Source: Clostridia bacterium (GTDB lineage: Bacteria > Bacillota > Clostridia > Oscillospirales > CAG-272). From it: a stretch of DNA of 59,688 nt. The position numbers and the translations under genes are program-made. Shown here piece after piece: positions 38,942-49,806 of this stretch. The DNA lies in NCBI GenBank assembly GCA_017396225.1, contig JAFQMP010000063.1:1-59688 (forward strand), written 5' to 3'. How positions within the stretch are numbered: position 1 is the first letter of the stretch; each line of letters opens with the position of its first letter. Below the pieces are notes generated by a model that saw nothing but the letters and a program-made list of their open reading frames with translations, was not told where the DNA came from and did not search any database.

Positions 38942-39209
38942 GCTGACGGAGCTCCTCGTGCATCGCGGCATAGACCTCTGCGGGGATTTCGCAGGCAAGG
39001 TTTTTGGCAAGCCTGCCGTTTTTCTCCGCTTTTTTCAGGCAAGCGGCACTCTTACAAATATACGCACCACGCCCCGATTTTTTGCCGCCAAAATCAAGCG
39101 ACACCGTACCGTCAGGGGCACGCACCACGCGCAAAAGCGCAGCCTTGGGGAAATGTCCGTTGCAGCCAAGGCATTGACGCTCCGGAATCTTTTTTGCCTT
39201 TTTTTCCAT
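38928..39209 (-). CDS. ylxR: YlxR/RnpM (DUF448) RNA-binding protein
   Basis: 93 aa; ERQCLGCNG...GRGAYIC motif; downstream of nusA. Confidence 0.8.
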   Translation of the reverse strand: MEKKAKKIPERQCLGCNGHFPKAALLRVVRAPDGTVSLDFGGKKSGRGAYICKSAACLKKAEKNGRLAKNLACEIPAEVYAAMHEELRQHEGE

Positions 39210-39229
39210 TTCTTATACCATTTGGGGGC

Positions 39230-40270
39230 TTATTCAGCCTTGATATCAATCTTAAAGCCAGTCAAACGGGCTGCAAGACGCGCATTGAGGCCCTCTCTGC
39301 CAATGGCAAGAGAAAGTTGGTCGGGCTCAACAAGCACACGGCAAGCGCGCTCACCGGTCAGCTCAACAGACAGCACGCGGGCGGGAGCCAGTGCCGCTGC
39401 GATAAACTCCTCGGGCACCTCGCTGTACGGAATAATGTCAATCTTTTCGCCGCGAAGCTCATCAACGATACCGCCGATACGCATACCGCGGTTACCGATG
39501 CAGGCGCCAATGGGGTCAACGTCCTCATCACGGGAGCAAACAGCAACCTTGCTGCGCACACCTGCCTCACGGGAAACAGCCTTCACCATCACGACACCGT
39601 CCTGAATCTCGGGAATCTCAAGCTCAAAAAGGCGGCGAACCAAGCCGGAATGCGAGCGAGAAAGTGTAACCAGAGGACCGTGAGCCTCCTTATTCACCTC
39701 GGTAACAAAGACCTTGACGCGGTCACCGACAAGGAAGTCCTCGCCGGGAATCTGCTCACCCTTCAGAAGGACGGCACGACCGGTACCTGTCTCAACCACA
39801 ACATTGCCGTTGACAGGGTCAATCTTGCTGACAGTTGCGGTGATGATTTCCTCGCGCTGATTCTCGTAAGCCTCCTGCATCACGCGGCGCTCACCCTCGC
39901 GAATTGCCTGAATGATAACAGACTTTGCCGCTGCCGCAGACAAACGGCGGAAATGCTCGGGCTTCACTCTGATTTCAATCAGCTTACCCAGCGTGTGACG
40001 CTTGTTAAGTGCCTTCGCATCTTCAAGAGAAATTTCGGTCTCGGGGTCGGTTACCTCCGCCACAACGGTCTTCTGCTGGAATACACGGACGTCGTCCTTG
40101 TCAAAATCAAACAGAATACGTACCTGTGCGCCCGCGCCATACTCCTTATGGTAAGCGGAAACGAGGGCTGCCTCGATTTTCTCCAACATGTAGGCCTTCG
40201 GGATACCCTTCTCCTTTTCAAGAAGGTCGAGTGCGTTCAGAAACGACTCCCTGCTGCTTTTCGTGCTCAT
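39230..40270 (-). CDS. nusA: transcription termination/antitermination factor NusA
   Basis: 346 aa; N-terminal domain, S1 domain, two KH domains (...CIGNRGMRI..., AIGREGLNARLAARLTG). Confidence 0.93.
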   Translation of the reverse strand: MSTKSSRESFLNALDLLEKEKGIPKAYMLEKIEAALVSAYHKEYGAGAQVRILFDFDKDDVRVFQQKTVVAEVTDPETEISLEDAKALNKRHTLGKLIEIRVKPEHFRRLSAAAAKSVIIQAIREGERRVMQEAYENQREEIITATVSKIDPVNGNVVVETGTGRAVLLKGEQIPGEDFLVGDRVKVFVTEVNKEAHGPLVTLSRSHSGLVRRLFELEIPEIQDGVVMVKAVSREAGVRSKVAVCSRDEDVDPIGACIGNRGMRIGGIVDELRGEKIDIIPYSEVPEEFIAAALAPARVLSVELTGERACRVLVEPDQLSLAIGREGLNARLAARLTGFKIDIKAE

Positions 40271-40310
40271 GGCTTTTTCCTTTCGTGCTTATATCGTTAC
40301 TTTTCTATTT

Positions 40311-40775
40311 TCAGAATTCAAAAACGGTAGAAATTTTTGCAATAGCGTTTCTCGCAAACGCCTGCTCGGTGCCGTCAACATCGACAACCACGCACCCTGC
40401 CTCATCACGCCCTGCAAGGATACCGCGCAGCGTCTTTTGCCCATGAACGGGAGCGAAAAACCGCAATTCCACCAACTCCCCAACCGAGGCATCAATGTGC
40501 GCATCTGTGCGCAGGTCGCGCTCAATGCCGGGGGAGCTGACCTCAAGGTCATAGGCAGTGTCAATGGGGTCTGCCTCATCAAGCACGGGGTCAATGGCGC
40601 GATGCATACGCTCGCAGTCATCAATGGTGATGCCGTCCTCGTGGTCAATGGTCACACGCAGAATACGGCGCGCGCCCTCCTTGACAAATTCAACGTCCCA
40701 GAGCATAAGGCCCAGTTCCTCTGCCACGGGAGCAACAAGCTCCTGTACCGTTTCGGCAATATTTTTAGCTGCCAT
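40311..40775 (-). CDS. rimP: ribosome maturation factor RimP
   Basis: 154 aa; ...LWDVEFVKEG..RILRV.ID....I.IDDCE..., SSPGIERDL. Confidence 0.88.
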   Translation of the reverse strand: MAAKNIAETVQELVAPVAEELGLMLWDVEFVKEGARRILRVTIDHEDGITIDDCERMHRAIDPVLDEADPIDTAYDLEVSSPGIERDLRTDAHIDASVGELVELRFFAPVHGQKTLRGILAGRDEAGCVVVDVDGTEQAFARNAIAKISTVFEF

Positions 40776-40810
40776 AGCCTCTCCTCCTTTGTGACTTTCA
40801 AGAGAGAAAT

Positions 40811-40837
40811 AATAAAAGCAGGCCTTGAAACCTGCTC
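40811..40837 (-). promoter_or_regulatory. terminator-like leader hairpin upstream of rimP (candidate attenuator)
   Basis: Minus strand GAGCAGG-TTTCAAGG-CCTGCTT followed by TTATTATTT, between the predicted promoter (40861-40889) and the rimP RBS. Confidence 0.4.
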
Positions 40838-40860
40838 CCTCACTCTATCATTCTGCAGGT

Positions 40861-40889
40861 AGTATACCACACTTTTTCCCATTTTGCAA
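40861..40889 (-). promoter_or_regulatory. extended -10 promoter of rimP-nusA-infB
   Basis: Minus strand TTGCAA (40884-40889), 17-nt spacer ending in TGG, TATACT (40861-40866). Confidence 0.5.
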
Positions 40890-40991
40890 TAGGAGTTGTA
40901 AATTTTTTTGCGTTTTTTCCGAAAGTATACAACTTTGAAGGCGTGTTTCTCCTTTTATTTTCTTTTTTTCACAAATCCTTCATACAACCTG

Positions 40992-41020
40992 TTTACAATC
41001 ATCATTTTGTATGTTATAAT
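40992..41020 (+). promoter_or_regulatory. sigma-70-type promoter of yybS-gdpP-rplI-dnaB
   Basis: TTTACA (40992-40997), 17-nt spacer, TATAAT (41015-41020). Confidence 0.5.
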
Positions 41021-41060
41021 ATTAAATTAGATAATTAGTTTTTTGCAGGAGGAACCGACC

Positions 41061-42245
41061 ATGAACGGCACCACACTGAGTAAAACCGAGCTTGCCGCGT
41101 GGCGTAGCCTTCTGGCGCGCCCCGACGGCAAGGGGCTTTTGTTCTCCGCAGGCATTTATCTGCTTGCCTCCCTCGCATTTCCCTTTGCGAGCATCACCGC
41201 ACTGTGCGGCCTGTTTATCGCAGCCTGCATCGTCCTTTTGCTGACAAGAACGCATTCCTTCCCGACGTTGCTTGCGCCCGGCATTCCCGCGCTGGTTCTC
41301 TTCACCTTCTCGGGCTCGGTATCCCTGCCCGCCGTCTTTTTTGCCATCATCTTCGGCGGTGCTGCCGGTGCCATTCTTCTTTCGTCCGCGCGCAACGTGC
41401 GTGATGTGCTGCCAATGCTCGCCCTGCCCCCGCTGTCATTTTTTGCCGCATGGCTCATCAGTGGCAATCCGCTCATAGGGCTGCTTACGCTCATACCGCT
41501 GCCCGTTGCGTTGGTTGGTACATTCTGCGTACGCCGCTGCAAATCCTTCTGCGGTGCGATTGCTGCCATCGGCGCCACGCTGCTCGCCGTGCTGCTTGCT
41601 GTCCTGTTGATTACAATCGCCGCCATAAACCCCGCCAACCTTGACCTTGCCGCCCATCTCCCCGAACTGATTTCACTCCTTGAGGAAACAGTGCTGAAGG
41701 CAGTGAACGAAATGGCTGCTCTTTACCCCGAAATGGCAATCACCACGGTCTTTACACCCACCATGATTCACAATATGATTGCGCTGATGATTAACCTCTC
41801 CCCGGGCATCATCACGGCGCTGACCCTGATTGTCGCTTATTTCGTCTGGCGCATGCTCTGCACGCTGCTTGTCGCACTCGGTATGCTCCCCCGCCTCCCC
41901 CGCGTCTTCGTCACACCACTGCCAAGCCCAGTTTCCGCCATTCTCTTTATCCTAGCCTTTCTCGTTTCCTTTTTTGCAGGCTCCGCCTACACGCAGGTCG
42001 GTGCCGTTGCAGAAAACTTCACCCTGATTCTGACCCCTCTGTTTTCCCTGATTGGCTTTGGTGTATTCTTCAGTCGCCAGACAAAGCGCTCCTGCCTGTC
42101 GGTGCTGCTGCTCATTGGCCTTGCCTATCTGCTTTTCAACAATCCCCCTCTGGCGCTTACCCTGGCCGCCCTGTATGGCGCGATTCACTCGTTGATTGTC
42201 ACCCATCGAGGTGCCAAAAACACAAACAGTAAAGGAGAACCGTAA
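41061..42245 (+). CDS. YybS-like (DUF2232) polytopic membrane protein
   Basis: About 394 aa, highly hydrophobic with many helices; lies immediately upstream of gdpP-rplI-dnaB as yybS does in Bacillus; family assigned mainly by synteny. Confidence 0.6.
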   Translation: MNGTTLSKTELAAWRSLLARPDGKGLLFSAGIYLLASLAFPFASITALCGLFIAACIVLLLTRTHSFPTLLAPGIPALVLFTFSGSVSLPAVFFAIIFGGAAGAILLSSARNVRDVLPMLALPPLSFFAAWLISGNPLIGLLTLIPLPVALVGTFCVRRCKSFCGAIAAIGATLLAVLLAVLLITIAAINPANLDLAAHLPELISLLEETVLKAVNEMAALYPEMAITTVFTPTMIHNMIALMINLSPGIITALTLIVAYFVWRMLCTLLVALGMLPRLPRVFVTPLPSPVSAILFILAFLVSFFAGSAYTQVGAVAENFTLILTPLFSLIGFGVFFSRQTKRSCLSVLLLIGLAYLLFNNPPLALTLAALYGAIHSLIVTHRGAKNTNSKGEP

Positions 42246-44422
42246 TGCTCAAGCAATCCGAGAACCGTCAGCGCACAGGCTCCGCGATCCCGATGATCGT
42301 GCTGCTATTGCTCGGTCTTTTGTTCTTCGGCGTCTTCGCGCTGGTTACACACATCGCTCCCGAAGGAGCAATCACGACGAAAATTACCCTGATTTTCCTC
42401 GGCGCCTATCTACTTTTCAGCCTGACGGCGGGTCTTTTCTTCCTGCTGAAGGAGCGCAAGCAGCGCCGTGAGGAAATCATTTTTGAAACCCTCAACACCA
42501 AAATGCACAATATGTTCAAATACGCCGTTGGCCTTCCCTACGCCATTGCCGATGAGCAGGGACGCGTCCGCGTGGTGAACAGTGCACTCCAAATCATACT
42601 TGATGCAGAGGACCCCTTCTACCGCGGCAGCATCGTTGATTTTTGCGGCGGCGTCAGTCTGCAGGACATTATCCGCGTCGGACAGAAGGGCGCAGACCAC
42701 CGCACTCCCCTCGGCAAGCTCACCATAACAACAGTAGAGTCAGACAACGATGCAATCCCAGCAGACACCCTACCCGAAAGCAGCATTGACGGCGCTGTGG
42801 TGCGCCTGCCCGACGGCGGCCGCTACGTTGCGCGCGCATACGAAATGCGCCTGAACGACCGCACCAATTATCTTGTCACCTTCACCGATGCTTCGGAGCT
42901 GCTTGACCTGCGCGAGAAAATGGAGCGCGATATGCCTGCGGTTGCCTATATTGATGTTGACAACTTAGAGGAGCTTACCCAGTACACGCACGCCAACTAC
43001 CGTGACGCATCGCGCAAGGTGGACGATATTCTCATCAGCTTTGCCGCCGATATGAACGGCTTCCTGCGCGAATATGAGCGCGACCGCTATATCATGCTTT
43101 TTTCTCAGGAAAAGCTTCGCCTTTGCGAGGAGGACCGCTTCAGCGCCCTGCTTGACCGCATTCGCGATATCCGCCTGGGTGAATACGGTATCCCCGTCAC
43201 TGTTTCTGTCGGCATTTCACTGGACGACTGCTCCATGGCAGAGCGTGCCAAGGAGGCAAGCTCCGCACTTGATATGGCGCTCCAGCGCGGTGGCGACCAG
43301 GTGGCGGTGCGCCGTCCTGAGGGCATTCGCTACTACGGCGGTCAGACCAGACCCTTCCAGCGCCGCACCAAGGTGCAGTCGCGCGTGGTGGCAAGCTATC
43401 TGCTCACCAAGATTTCCGAGGCAGACAACCTGCTCATTATGGGTCACAAAAATCCTGACTTTGACTCGATTGGCTCCTCGATTGGTATTGCGCAGCTCGG
43501 TCTGCTGGCAGGTATTCCCACCCGCATTATTATGGACCTTGACAACCCCAATTTCCGCATTGCAACCGAGCGTCTGATTACAACCTCCCCCTACCGCGAG
43601 ATGTTTATTTCGGGCCATAAGGGTCTTGACCTTGTCCGCTCGGGCACCCTGCTTATCATCACCGACGCCAACAACCTGCGCATCATTGAATCCCGCGAGG
43701 TTGCCGACAGCGTCCGCCAGGTATCGGGCAAAATTGCCATTATCGACCACCACCGTCAGGCAGGTGAATACGACTTTGAGCCTGTCGTCAACTATATTGA
43801 CGCCAGTGCAAGCTCTGCCTCCGAGCTGGTGACCGAGATGCTGGAGCAGAGCGACACGGGCAGCGACGGCGACAACTCCCTTGTCTCCGATGAGGTTGCC
43901 AGCATTATCCTCTCCGGTATTATGCTTGACACGAACGGATTTACCCGCAACACGGGTAGCCGTACGCTGGACGCCGCACGCTACCTTTTTGGTCGCGGCG
44001 CAAACGCAGAATATGCACACACCTTCTTCAATCAGGATTACACCGATTACGTGTCCGAGCGCAGCTTTTCGGGCTGTACGCTGCTGCATGACGGTAAGGT
44101 CGGCCTGACCTGGAGCCAGGGCACAGGCAGAGGCGCAGACGACCGCGTGGCGGCCGCCAAGGAGGCCGACAGGCTGCTGCTTGTCAAGGGCGTGCACGCC
44201 TCCTTCTCCCTCGTTCTTATTGACAACGTGGTTCACATTTCGGGACGCTCGGACGGCTCGATTAACGTACAGCTGATTCTTGAACGCCTTGGTGGCGGCG
44301 GCCGCTTTGACTCGGCAGGCACAGCGCTCTCAGGCGTTTCGCTTGAGGCCGCGGTCGAGGATTTGAAGAACGCAATCAACGCATATTTCGAAGAACTTGA
44401 AGACACCCACCGCGGCACCTGA
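42245..44422 (+). CDS. gdpP: GdpP-type DHH/DHHA1 cyclic-di-AMP phosphodiesterase
   Basis: Two N-terminal TM helices, PAS-like and degenerate GGDEF region, DHH motifs (GHKNPDFDSIGS, IITDAN, IIDHH, MLDTNGF), DHHA1 C-terminus. Confidence 0.85.
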   Translation: MLKQSENRQRTGSAIPMIVLLLLGLLFFGVFALVTHIAPEGAITTKITLIFLGAYLLFSLTAGLFFLLKERKQRREEIIFETLNTKMHNMFKYAVGLPYAIADEQGRVRVVNSALQIILDAEDPFYRGSIVDFCGGVSLQDIIRVGQKGADHRTPLGKLTITTVESDNDAIPADTLPESSIDGAVVRLPDGGRYVARAYEMRLNDRTNYLVTFTDASELLDLREKMERDMPAVAYIDVDNLEELTQYTHANYRDASRKVDDILISFAADMNGFLREYERDRYIMLFSQEKLRLCEEDRFSALLDRIRDIRLGEYGIPVTVSVGISLDDCSMAERAKEASSALDMALQRGGDQVAVRRPEGIRYYGGQTRPFQRRTKVQSRVVASYLLTKISEADNLLIMGHKNPDFDSIGSSIGIAQLGLLAGIPTRIIMDLDNPNFRIATERLITTSPYREMFISGHKGLDLVRSGTLLIITDANNLRIIESREVADSVRQVSGKIAIIDHHRQAGEYDFEPVVNYIDASASSASELVTEMLEQSDTGSDGDNSLVSDEVASIILSGIMLDTNGFTRNTGSRTLDAARYLFGRGANAEYAHTFFNQDYTDYVSERSFSGCTLLHDGKVGLTWSQGTGRGADDRVAAAKEADRLLLVKGVHASFSLVLIDNVVHISGRSDGSINVQLILERLGGGGRFDSAGTALSGVSLEAAVEDLKNAINAYFEELEDTHRGT

Positions 44423-44462
44423 TGCCGCGTCAACGTAAGCGACACACGAAAGGAACATGATC

Positions 44463-44909
44463 ATGAAAGTTATTCTCACACAAGATGTTAAGGGCCAGGG
44501 CAAAAAGGACCAGCTGATTGAGGTATCCGACGGATACGCACGCAACTTCCTTCTCCCCCGCAAGCTGGCCATTCCCGCAGATAATCAGTCTATGACCGAG
44601 CTCAAGAACAAGGAGGCCTCCCGCCAGCACAAGATTGATACCGAGCGCGCTGCCGCACAGGAAATTGCCAGGAAGCTCACCGCCATTGTTGTCAAGATCA
44701 AGGTTGGCAGCAGTGCGGACGGACGCCTTTACGGCTCTGTTACCACCAAGGAAATTGCCGAGCGTCTGGAAAAGGACTTTGGCATCACGGTTGACAAGCG
44801 CAAGATTACCCTCTCTGACCCCATCAAGGCATACGGCAGCTATACGCTTGACGTCCGCCTTTACACCGATGTGGCAGGCAAAATCAACGTTGTAGTCGCA
44901 GAGCAGTGA
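44463..44909 (+). CDS. rplI: 50S ribosomal protein L9
   Basis: [32 protein letters not shown]. Confidence 0.92.
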   Translation: MKVILTQDVKGQGKKDQLIEVSDGYARNFLLPRKLAIPADNQSMTELKNKEASRQHKIDTERAAAQEIARKLTAIVVKIKVGSSADGRLYGSVTTKEIAERLEKDFGITVDKRKITLSDPIKAYGSYTLDVRLYTDVAGKINVVVAEQ

Positions 44910-44917
44910 GGCGGGTT

Positions 44918-46279
44918 ATGGCAGATATGATGCATAAGGATAGCGAGCTTTTACGCAGAATGCCCTGCTCGATTTCGGCAGAGCGTGCGCTGCTTGGCTC
45001 TATCCTGTTTGACCCCAATGCAATCACCGAAATTGCCGGCAACATCGGCGCCGATGATTTTTACGTACAGGAGCACAAGCAAATCTACCTTGCCATGCGC
45101 GAGCTGTTTGACGCAAGCCAGGAGATTGACCCTGTCACACTGATTGATGCCCTGGTACACAAGGGCGTATATGAAAAATCAGGCGGAGAGGATTATATCC
45201 GTTCCCTGCTTGATGCAACCCCCAGTGCACAGAATATTGCTGACTATACCCGCATTGTCAAGGAGGAAAGCGTCCGCCGCCGTATTATTGAGGTCTGCGG
45301 TGAGATTTCCGACCTCTCCTTCGGCGAGCAGGAGGGCGTTGCACAGGTGCTTGACCTGGCGCAAAGCCGCTTTACCGAAATTGCACAAGGACGTGACTCC
45401 CGCACCTTCCGCCACATCAGCGACGTTTTGCGCGATGTCATGGCAAACCTGCATACACTGCAGACCGACAAGGACGCCGCACGCGGCACCCCCACGGGCT
45501 TTGCGGGCGTAGATAAGCTTCTTGTCGGTATGGGCAACTCTGACCTCGTACTGGTAGGCGCCCGTCCCGGCATGGGTAAAACCGCCTTCGCCCTGAATGT
45601 TGCCACCAACGTGGCACTCCAGACCGGCAAAAAGGTTTGCATTTTCTCGCTCGAAATGGGCGCAGAGCAGCTTGCCTCCCGTATGATTGCAAGTGAGGCT
45701 CTGGTTGACAGCTACCGCCTGCGTTCGGGTCAGATTGACGACGACGAATGGAAAAAAATCGCAGATGCAACCATGCGTCTGTCGGGCACCGATATTCTGA
45801 TTGACGACACCTCGGGCATCACGGTCACGGCTATGAAAGCCAAGCTGCGCCGCGTAGAAAACCTTGGTCTGGTTGTCATCGACTACCTCGGCCTTATGGA
45901 AAGCGAGCAGCACTACGACAGCCGCGCGCTGGAGGTTAGTGTCATCTCCCGCGGTCTCAAGCTGATGGCAAAAGAACTGCGCGTGCCGATTCTTTGCTGT
46001 GCACAGCTCTCCCGCGGTCCTGAGGGCCGTACCGACAAGCGCCCCCAGCTTTCCGACCTGCGTGACTCGGGTGCAATCGAGCAGGACGCCGACGTGGTTA
46101 TGTTCCTCTACCGCGAGGAATACTATAACACCTCGAGAGACCCCGACCAGAAGGACGGCAACATCGCCGAGGTTATTGTGCAGAAGAACCGTCACGGCTC
46201 GACAGGCAACGTCAAAATGGCATGGCTGCCCGCCTACACGAAATTCCGCACCATTGACACCGAAAGAGAAGAGCCGTAA
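44918..46279 (+). CDS. dnaB: replicative DNA helicase
   Basis: P.S..AERALLGSIL N-terminus, Walker A GARPGMGKT, LVVIDYLGLM, SQLSRGPE-type motifs; ATG 44918 with GAGG RBS (ORF track starts at GTG 44906). Confidence 0.92.
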   Translation: MADMMHKDSELLRRMPCSISAERALLGSILFDPNAITEIAGNIGADDFYVQEHKQIYLAMRELFDASQEIDPVTLIDALVHKGVYEKSGGEDYIRSLLDATPSAQNIADYTRIVKEESVRRRIIEVCGEISDLSFGEQEGVAQVLDLAQSRFTEIAQGRDSRTFRHISDVLRDVMANLHTLQTDKDAARGTPTGFAGVDKLLVGMGNSDLVLVGARPGMGKTAFALNVATNVALQTGKKVCIFSLEMGAEQLASRMIASEALVDSYRLRSGQIDDDEWKKIADATMRLSGTDILIDDTSGITVTAMKAKLRRVENLGLVVIDYLGLMESEQHYDSRALEVSVISRGLKLMAKELRVPILCCAQLSRGPEGRTDKRPQLSDLRDSGAIEQDADVVMFLYREEYYNTSRDPDQKDGNIAEVIVQKNRHGSTGNVKMAWLPAYTKFRTIDTEREEP

Positions 46280-47619
46280 TGAGCCATTCCACCGCCCTCG
46301 CGGGCTTTCGCGCACCGCACGCGCTGGCAGGTCTTGCGGCAGACACCCCTGTCGCCGTCGCCCTTTCGGGCGGCGCAGATTCGGTTGCGCTGCTGCTCTT
46401 GCTGCGTGACTGTCCGAACCTGATTGCCGTGCACGTTCACCACGGCATGCGCGGCAGTGAGGCTGACCGCGATGCCGACTTTTGCCGTGCGCTAACCGCA
46501 AAATTAAGCGTTCCGCTATACGTCCTTTCGGTTGACGTCCCCGCACGCGCAAAAGAAACAGGCGAAAGCCCCGAAACCGCCGCGCGCGCCGCACGCTATG
46601 AGGCGATTGCCGCGCTCTTGACCGAAAAGAAAATCCCCTTGCTCGCAACGGCACATCATGCAGACGACCAATTGGAAACCATGCTGCAGCACCTGCTGCG
46701 CGGCAGCGGCACACGCGGCCTCAGCGGAATCCCCGCCTGCCGTCGGTTGACGGCGGACATTTCAGTGGTGCGCCCGCTGCTTACCGTGCCGAAAGCTGAC
46801 ATTCTTGCCTATCTTGCGACAGAAAATCAGGATTTTGTCACCGACAGCACCAATGAGGAGCTTTACTGCCAACGCAATAAGCTCCGCCACTGCGTTCTGC
46901 CGCTTCTTACCGAGCTGCAGCCGAATGCAGCGGCAATTGCCGCACGCTGCGCCGAGGCACTGGCAGAGGACGAAGCCTATCTTGACAGCCTTGCAGCGGA
47001 TTTCCTTGCAACCGCACCCCGTCCGCTTGCAGCCACGGCGCTTCAGGCACTCCCCGCACCGATTTTTCAACGCGTTTTGCGCCGTATGTTACCCGAGCAG
47101 CCCACCGCCAGACAAATGGCAGCTATCAAGGATTTGCTTGCAACAAACCGCGTACACGCGGCATTGTCCTTGGGTGGCGGCACACAGCTGCTGCTCGACT
47201 GCGGTTATCTGACTGTTACCAAAGAGCGTCGCGGCCCTGCCCCGACATACGAGCTCCCACTGCAGCGGGGGGAAAATTTCTCCGCAAACGCAGACGCCGT
47301 TCTCTACCTCTTACCAATTGGTACACCCGCCCCCGAGGCAACCACCGATTATCGCTACACTGCCTCTCTCAACCTTTGCAGCAGTGCCGTCAGGGGCACA
47401 CTCGTGGCACGTCCCCGCAAGCAGGGTGACGTCATTTTGCACGGCGGATTGCACAAGGCGGTACGCCGTCTGGCGACCACCAAGCATCTCTCACCCGCTT
47501 TGCGGGCGCGTATGCCACTCCTTGCAGACGATGCAGGGCTTGTTGCCATTCCCTTTGGCCCTGTACGCGACGGCGCCGCCGTCAACCCCGACCTCACCGT
47601 CTACATCTCCTTCAATTAA
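46279..47619 (+). CDS. tilS: tRNA(Ile)-lysidine synthetase
   Basis: PP-loop VALSGGADS; TAATG overlap with dnaB. Confidence 0.85.
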   Translation: MSHSTALAGFRAPHALAGLAADTPVAVALSGGADSVALLLLLRDCPNLIAVHVHHGMRGSEADRDADFCRALTAKLSVPLYVLSVDVPARAKETGESPETAARAARYEAIAALLTEKKIPLLATAHHADDQLETMLQHLLRGSGTRGLSGIPACRRLTADISVVRPLLTVPKADILAYLATENQDFVTDSTNEELYCQRNKLRHCVLPLLTELQPNAAAIAARCAEALAEDEAYLDSLAADFLATAPRPLAATALQALPAPIFQRVLRRMLPEQPTARQMAAIKDLLATNRVHAALSLGGGTQLLLDCGYLTVTKERRGPAPTYELPLQRGENFSANADAVLYLLPIGTPAPEATTDYRYTASLNLCSSAVRGTLVARPRKQGDVILHGGLHKAVRRLATTKHLSPALRARMPLLADDAGLVAIPFGPVRDGAAVNPDLTVYISFN

Positions 47620-47694
47620 CCCCTGCGGCGCTGCCGCACGCAACATTGTCTATCAGCACAGTTTATATATTTTTTACCCCACACGGAGGAAACC

Positions 47695-49764
47695 ATGAAG
47701 AAGCACATCAAATCAATCATTCTTTACCTGCTTGTGTTTGCGGTCATCATTGCCGTGGTGTCCACCATTTTCCAGCGAACCAAGGAGGAAAAGGTGGTGC
47801 TCGGCGAGGTTGTCGCATACTTCAAAGAGGACAGAGTTGTATCCTTTGTCATTGACGAGGACTACTACATCACCATGTCGGTTATCAAGAAAAACAGCGA
47901 GGGCGCGCCCGTCTACAACACAGACGGCAGCTTCCAGACCGAGGAGGTCTCCTATCAGCTGCGCTCGCTTGACCTTTTCAACGAATATTGCGGTGATTAT
48001 GTCAAGACAAACATCAACCTCAAAAGCTTTGACGTAGAGCCCCAGACCGTTACACCCTGGTGGGTAAGCCTTTTGCCCTATGCCCTCATTATCATCGTCG
48101 TTATCGTTCTCTGGGTCGTCATGATGCGCTCTGCGGGCGGCCCCGGCGCAAAGCTGAACAGCTTCGGCAAGGCACGCGCCAAGACCGCAGGCGACCAGAA
48201 GGACCGCGTGACCTTTGAGGACGTTGCAGGCTCGAATGAGGAAAAGCAGGAGCTTGAGGAAATTGTTGAATTTTTGAAGGACCCCACCAAGTTCACGCGT
48301 CTGGGTGCGAAAATTCCCCACGGCGTACTGCTTGTTGGCCCTCCCGGTACGGGTAAGACCCTGCTTGCCAAAGCTGTTGCGGGCGAGGCAGGCGTGCCCT
48401 TCTACTCGCTTTCGGGCTCCGACTTTGTGGAGATGTATGTCGGTGTCGGCGCATCGCGCGTCCGTGACCTCTTTGAAACGGCACGCAAAACGCCTGCCAG
48501 CATTATCTTCATCGATGAGATTGATGCCGTTGGCCGCCACCGCGGTGCAGGTCTTGGCGGCGGACACGACGAGCGCGAGCAGACCCTGAACCAGCTGCTT
48601 GTTGAAATGGACGGCTTCGGCTCGCACGACGGCATCATTGTCATTGCCGCAACCAACCGCCCCGATATTCTTGACCCCGCCCTGCTCCGTCCCGGTCGCT
48701 TTGACCGCCAGATTACCGTGAATGCCCCCGACGTCAAGGAGCGTGAGGCAATTCTGCGCGTACACGTCCGCAAGAAGCCCCTTGAGGCGGCTGTTGACCT
48801 TGAGGTTATCGCCAAGAAAACCGCAGGCTTTACGGGTGCAGACCTTGCCAACCTGATGAACGAGGCAGCACTCCTTGCCGCACGCCGTAACAAGTCCCTC
48901 ATCGGCATGGAGGATATTGACGACGCCTTTATCCGCGTCATCGCAGGTCCCAAGAAGACCTCGCGCGTCATGAACGACCGCGAGCGCCGCAATACCGCCT
49001 TCCACGAGGCAGGTCACGCCATTGTGGCACACGTTCTGCCCCACCTTGACAGCGTACACCAGATTTCGATTATCCCCTCGGGTCGCGCACTCGGCTACAC
49101 GATGAGCCTGCCCGCAGAGGACAAATACAGCGTTTACAAGGCTGAATTGAAGGAAAAGATTGCCGAGCTGCTCGCAGGTCGCGTGGCAGAGGCAATCGTC
49201 TTTGGCGATATTTCCGGCGGCGCCTCCAACGATATTGAGCGCGCCACCGCCATTGCACGCAAAATGGTTACCCAGCTTGGTATGTCCGATGTGCTCGGCC
49301 CCGTCAAGTACGGCACCAACGAAAGTGAGGTCTTCCTTGGCCGCGACTTTGCAGGCGGCAACAACTTCTCTGAGGAGATTTCCGCCAAGATTGACGGTGA
49401 AATCAAGGCGCTCATTGACGAGGGCTACGCCACCGCCAAGAAGATTCTTGAGGAAAATCGCGCCAAGCTTGATTTCATTGCCGAGTTCCTTCTGAAGAAC
49501 GAGCTGATGGACAGCGACCAGTTCAATGCAGCTATGACACGCGAAAATGTGACCTTTGAGGAGCTTGAGGCAATTACTGCCGAAAAGCGCGAGAAGAGCC
49601 GCAGGGAAAACGAGGAGCGTGCACGCCGTGCCCGCGAGGAGGCTGAGGCCGCCGCACGTGCATTTGCCGCCGAGCATGGCTTTACCGACAGCGATTTTGA
49701 AGCTGCCGACTTTACCGACAAGGATACCACCGACAACAAGGAAGACGACACCCCGAAGGCTTGA
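47695..49764 (+). CDS. ftsH: ATP-dependent zinc metalloprotease FtsH
   Basis: Two TM helices, AAA+ [18 protein letters not shown], zinc site HEAGHA. Confidence 0.94.
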   Translation: MKKHIKSIILYLLVFAVIIAVVSTIFQRTKEEKVVLGEVVAYFKEDRVVSFVIDEDYYITMSVIKKNSEGAPVYNTDGSFQTEEVSYQLRSLDLFNEYCGDYVKTNINLKSFDVEPQTVTPWWVSLLPYALIIIVVIVLWVVMMRSAGGPGAKLNSFGKARAKTAGDQKDRVTFEDVAGSNEEKQELEEIVEFLKDPTKFTRLGAKIPHGVLLVGPPGTGKTLLAKAVAGEAGVPFYSLSGSDFVEMYVGVGASRVRDLFETARKTPASIIFIDEIDAVGRHRGAGLGGGHDEREQTLNQLLVEMDGFGSHDGIIVIAATNRPDILDPALLRPGRFDRQITVNAPDVKEREAILRVHVRKKPLEAAVDLEVIAKKTAGFTGADLANLMNEAALLAARRNKSLIGMEDIDDAFIRVIAGPKKTSRVMNDRERRNTAFHEAGHAIVAHVLPHLDSVHQISIIPSGRALGYTMSLPAEDKYSVYKAELKEKIAELLAGRVAEAIVFGDISGGASNDIERATAIARKMVTQLGMSDVLGPVKYGTNESEVFLGRDFAGGNNFSEEISAKIDGEIKALIDEGYATAKKILEENRAKLDFIAEFLLKNELMDSDQFNAAMTRENVTFEELEAITAEKREKSRRENEERARRAREEAEAAARAFAAEHGFTDSDFEAADFTDKDTTDNKEDDTPKA

Positions 49765-49806
49765 CCGCAGAAGGAGCAATCTCCCTCTGGCACCATAGGA
49801 GTTACT

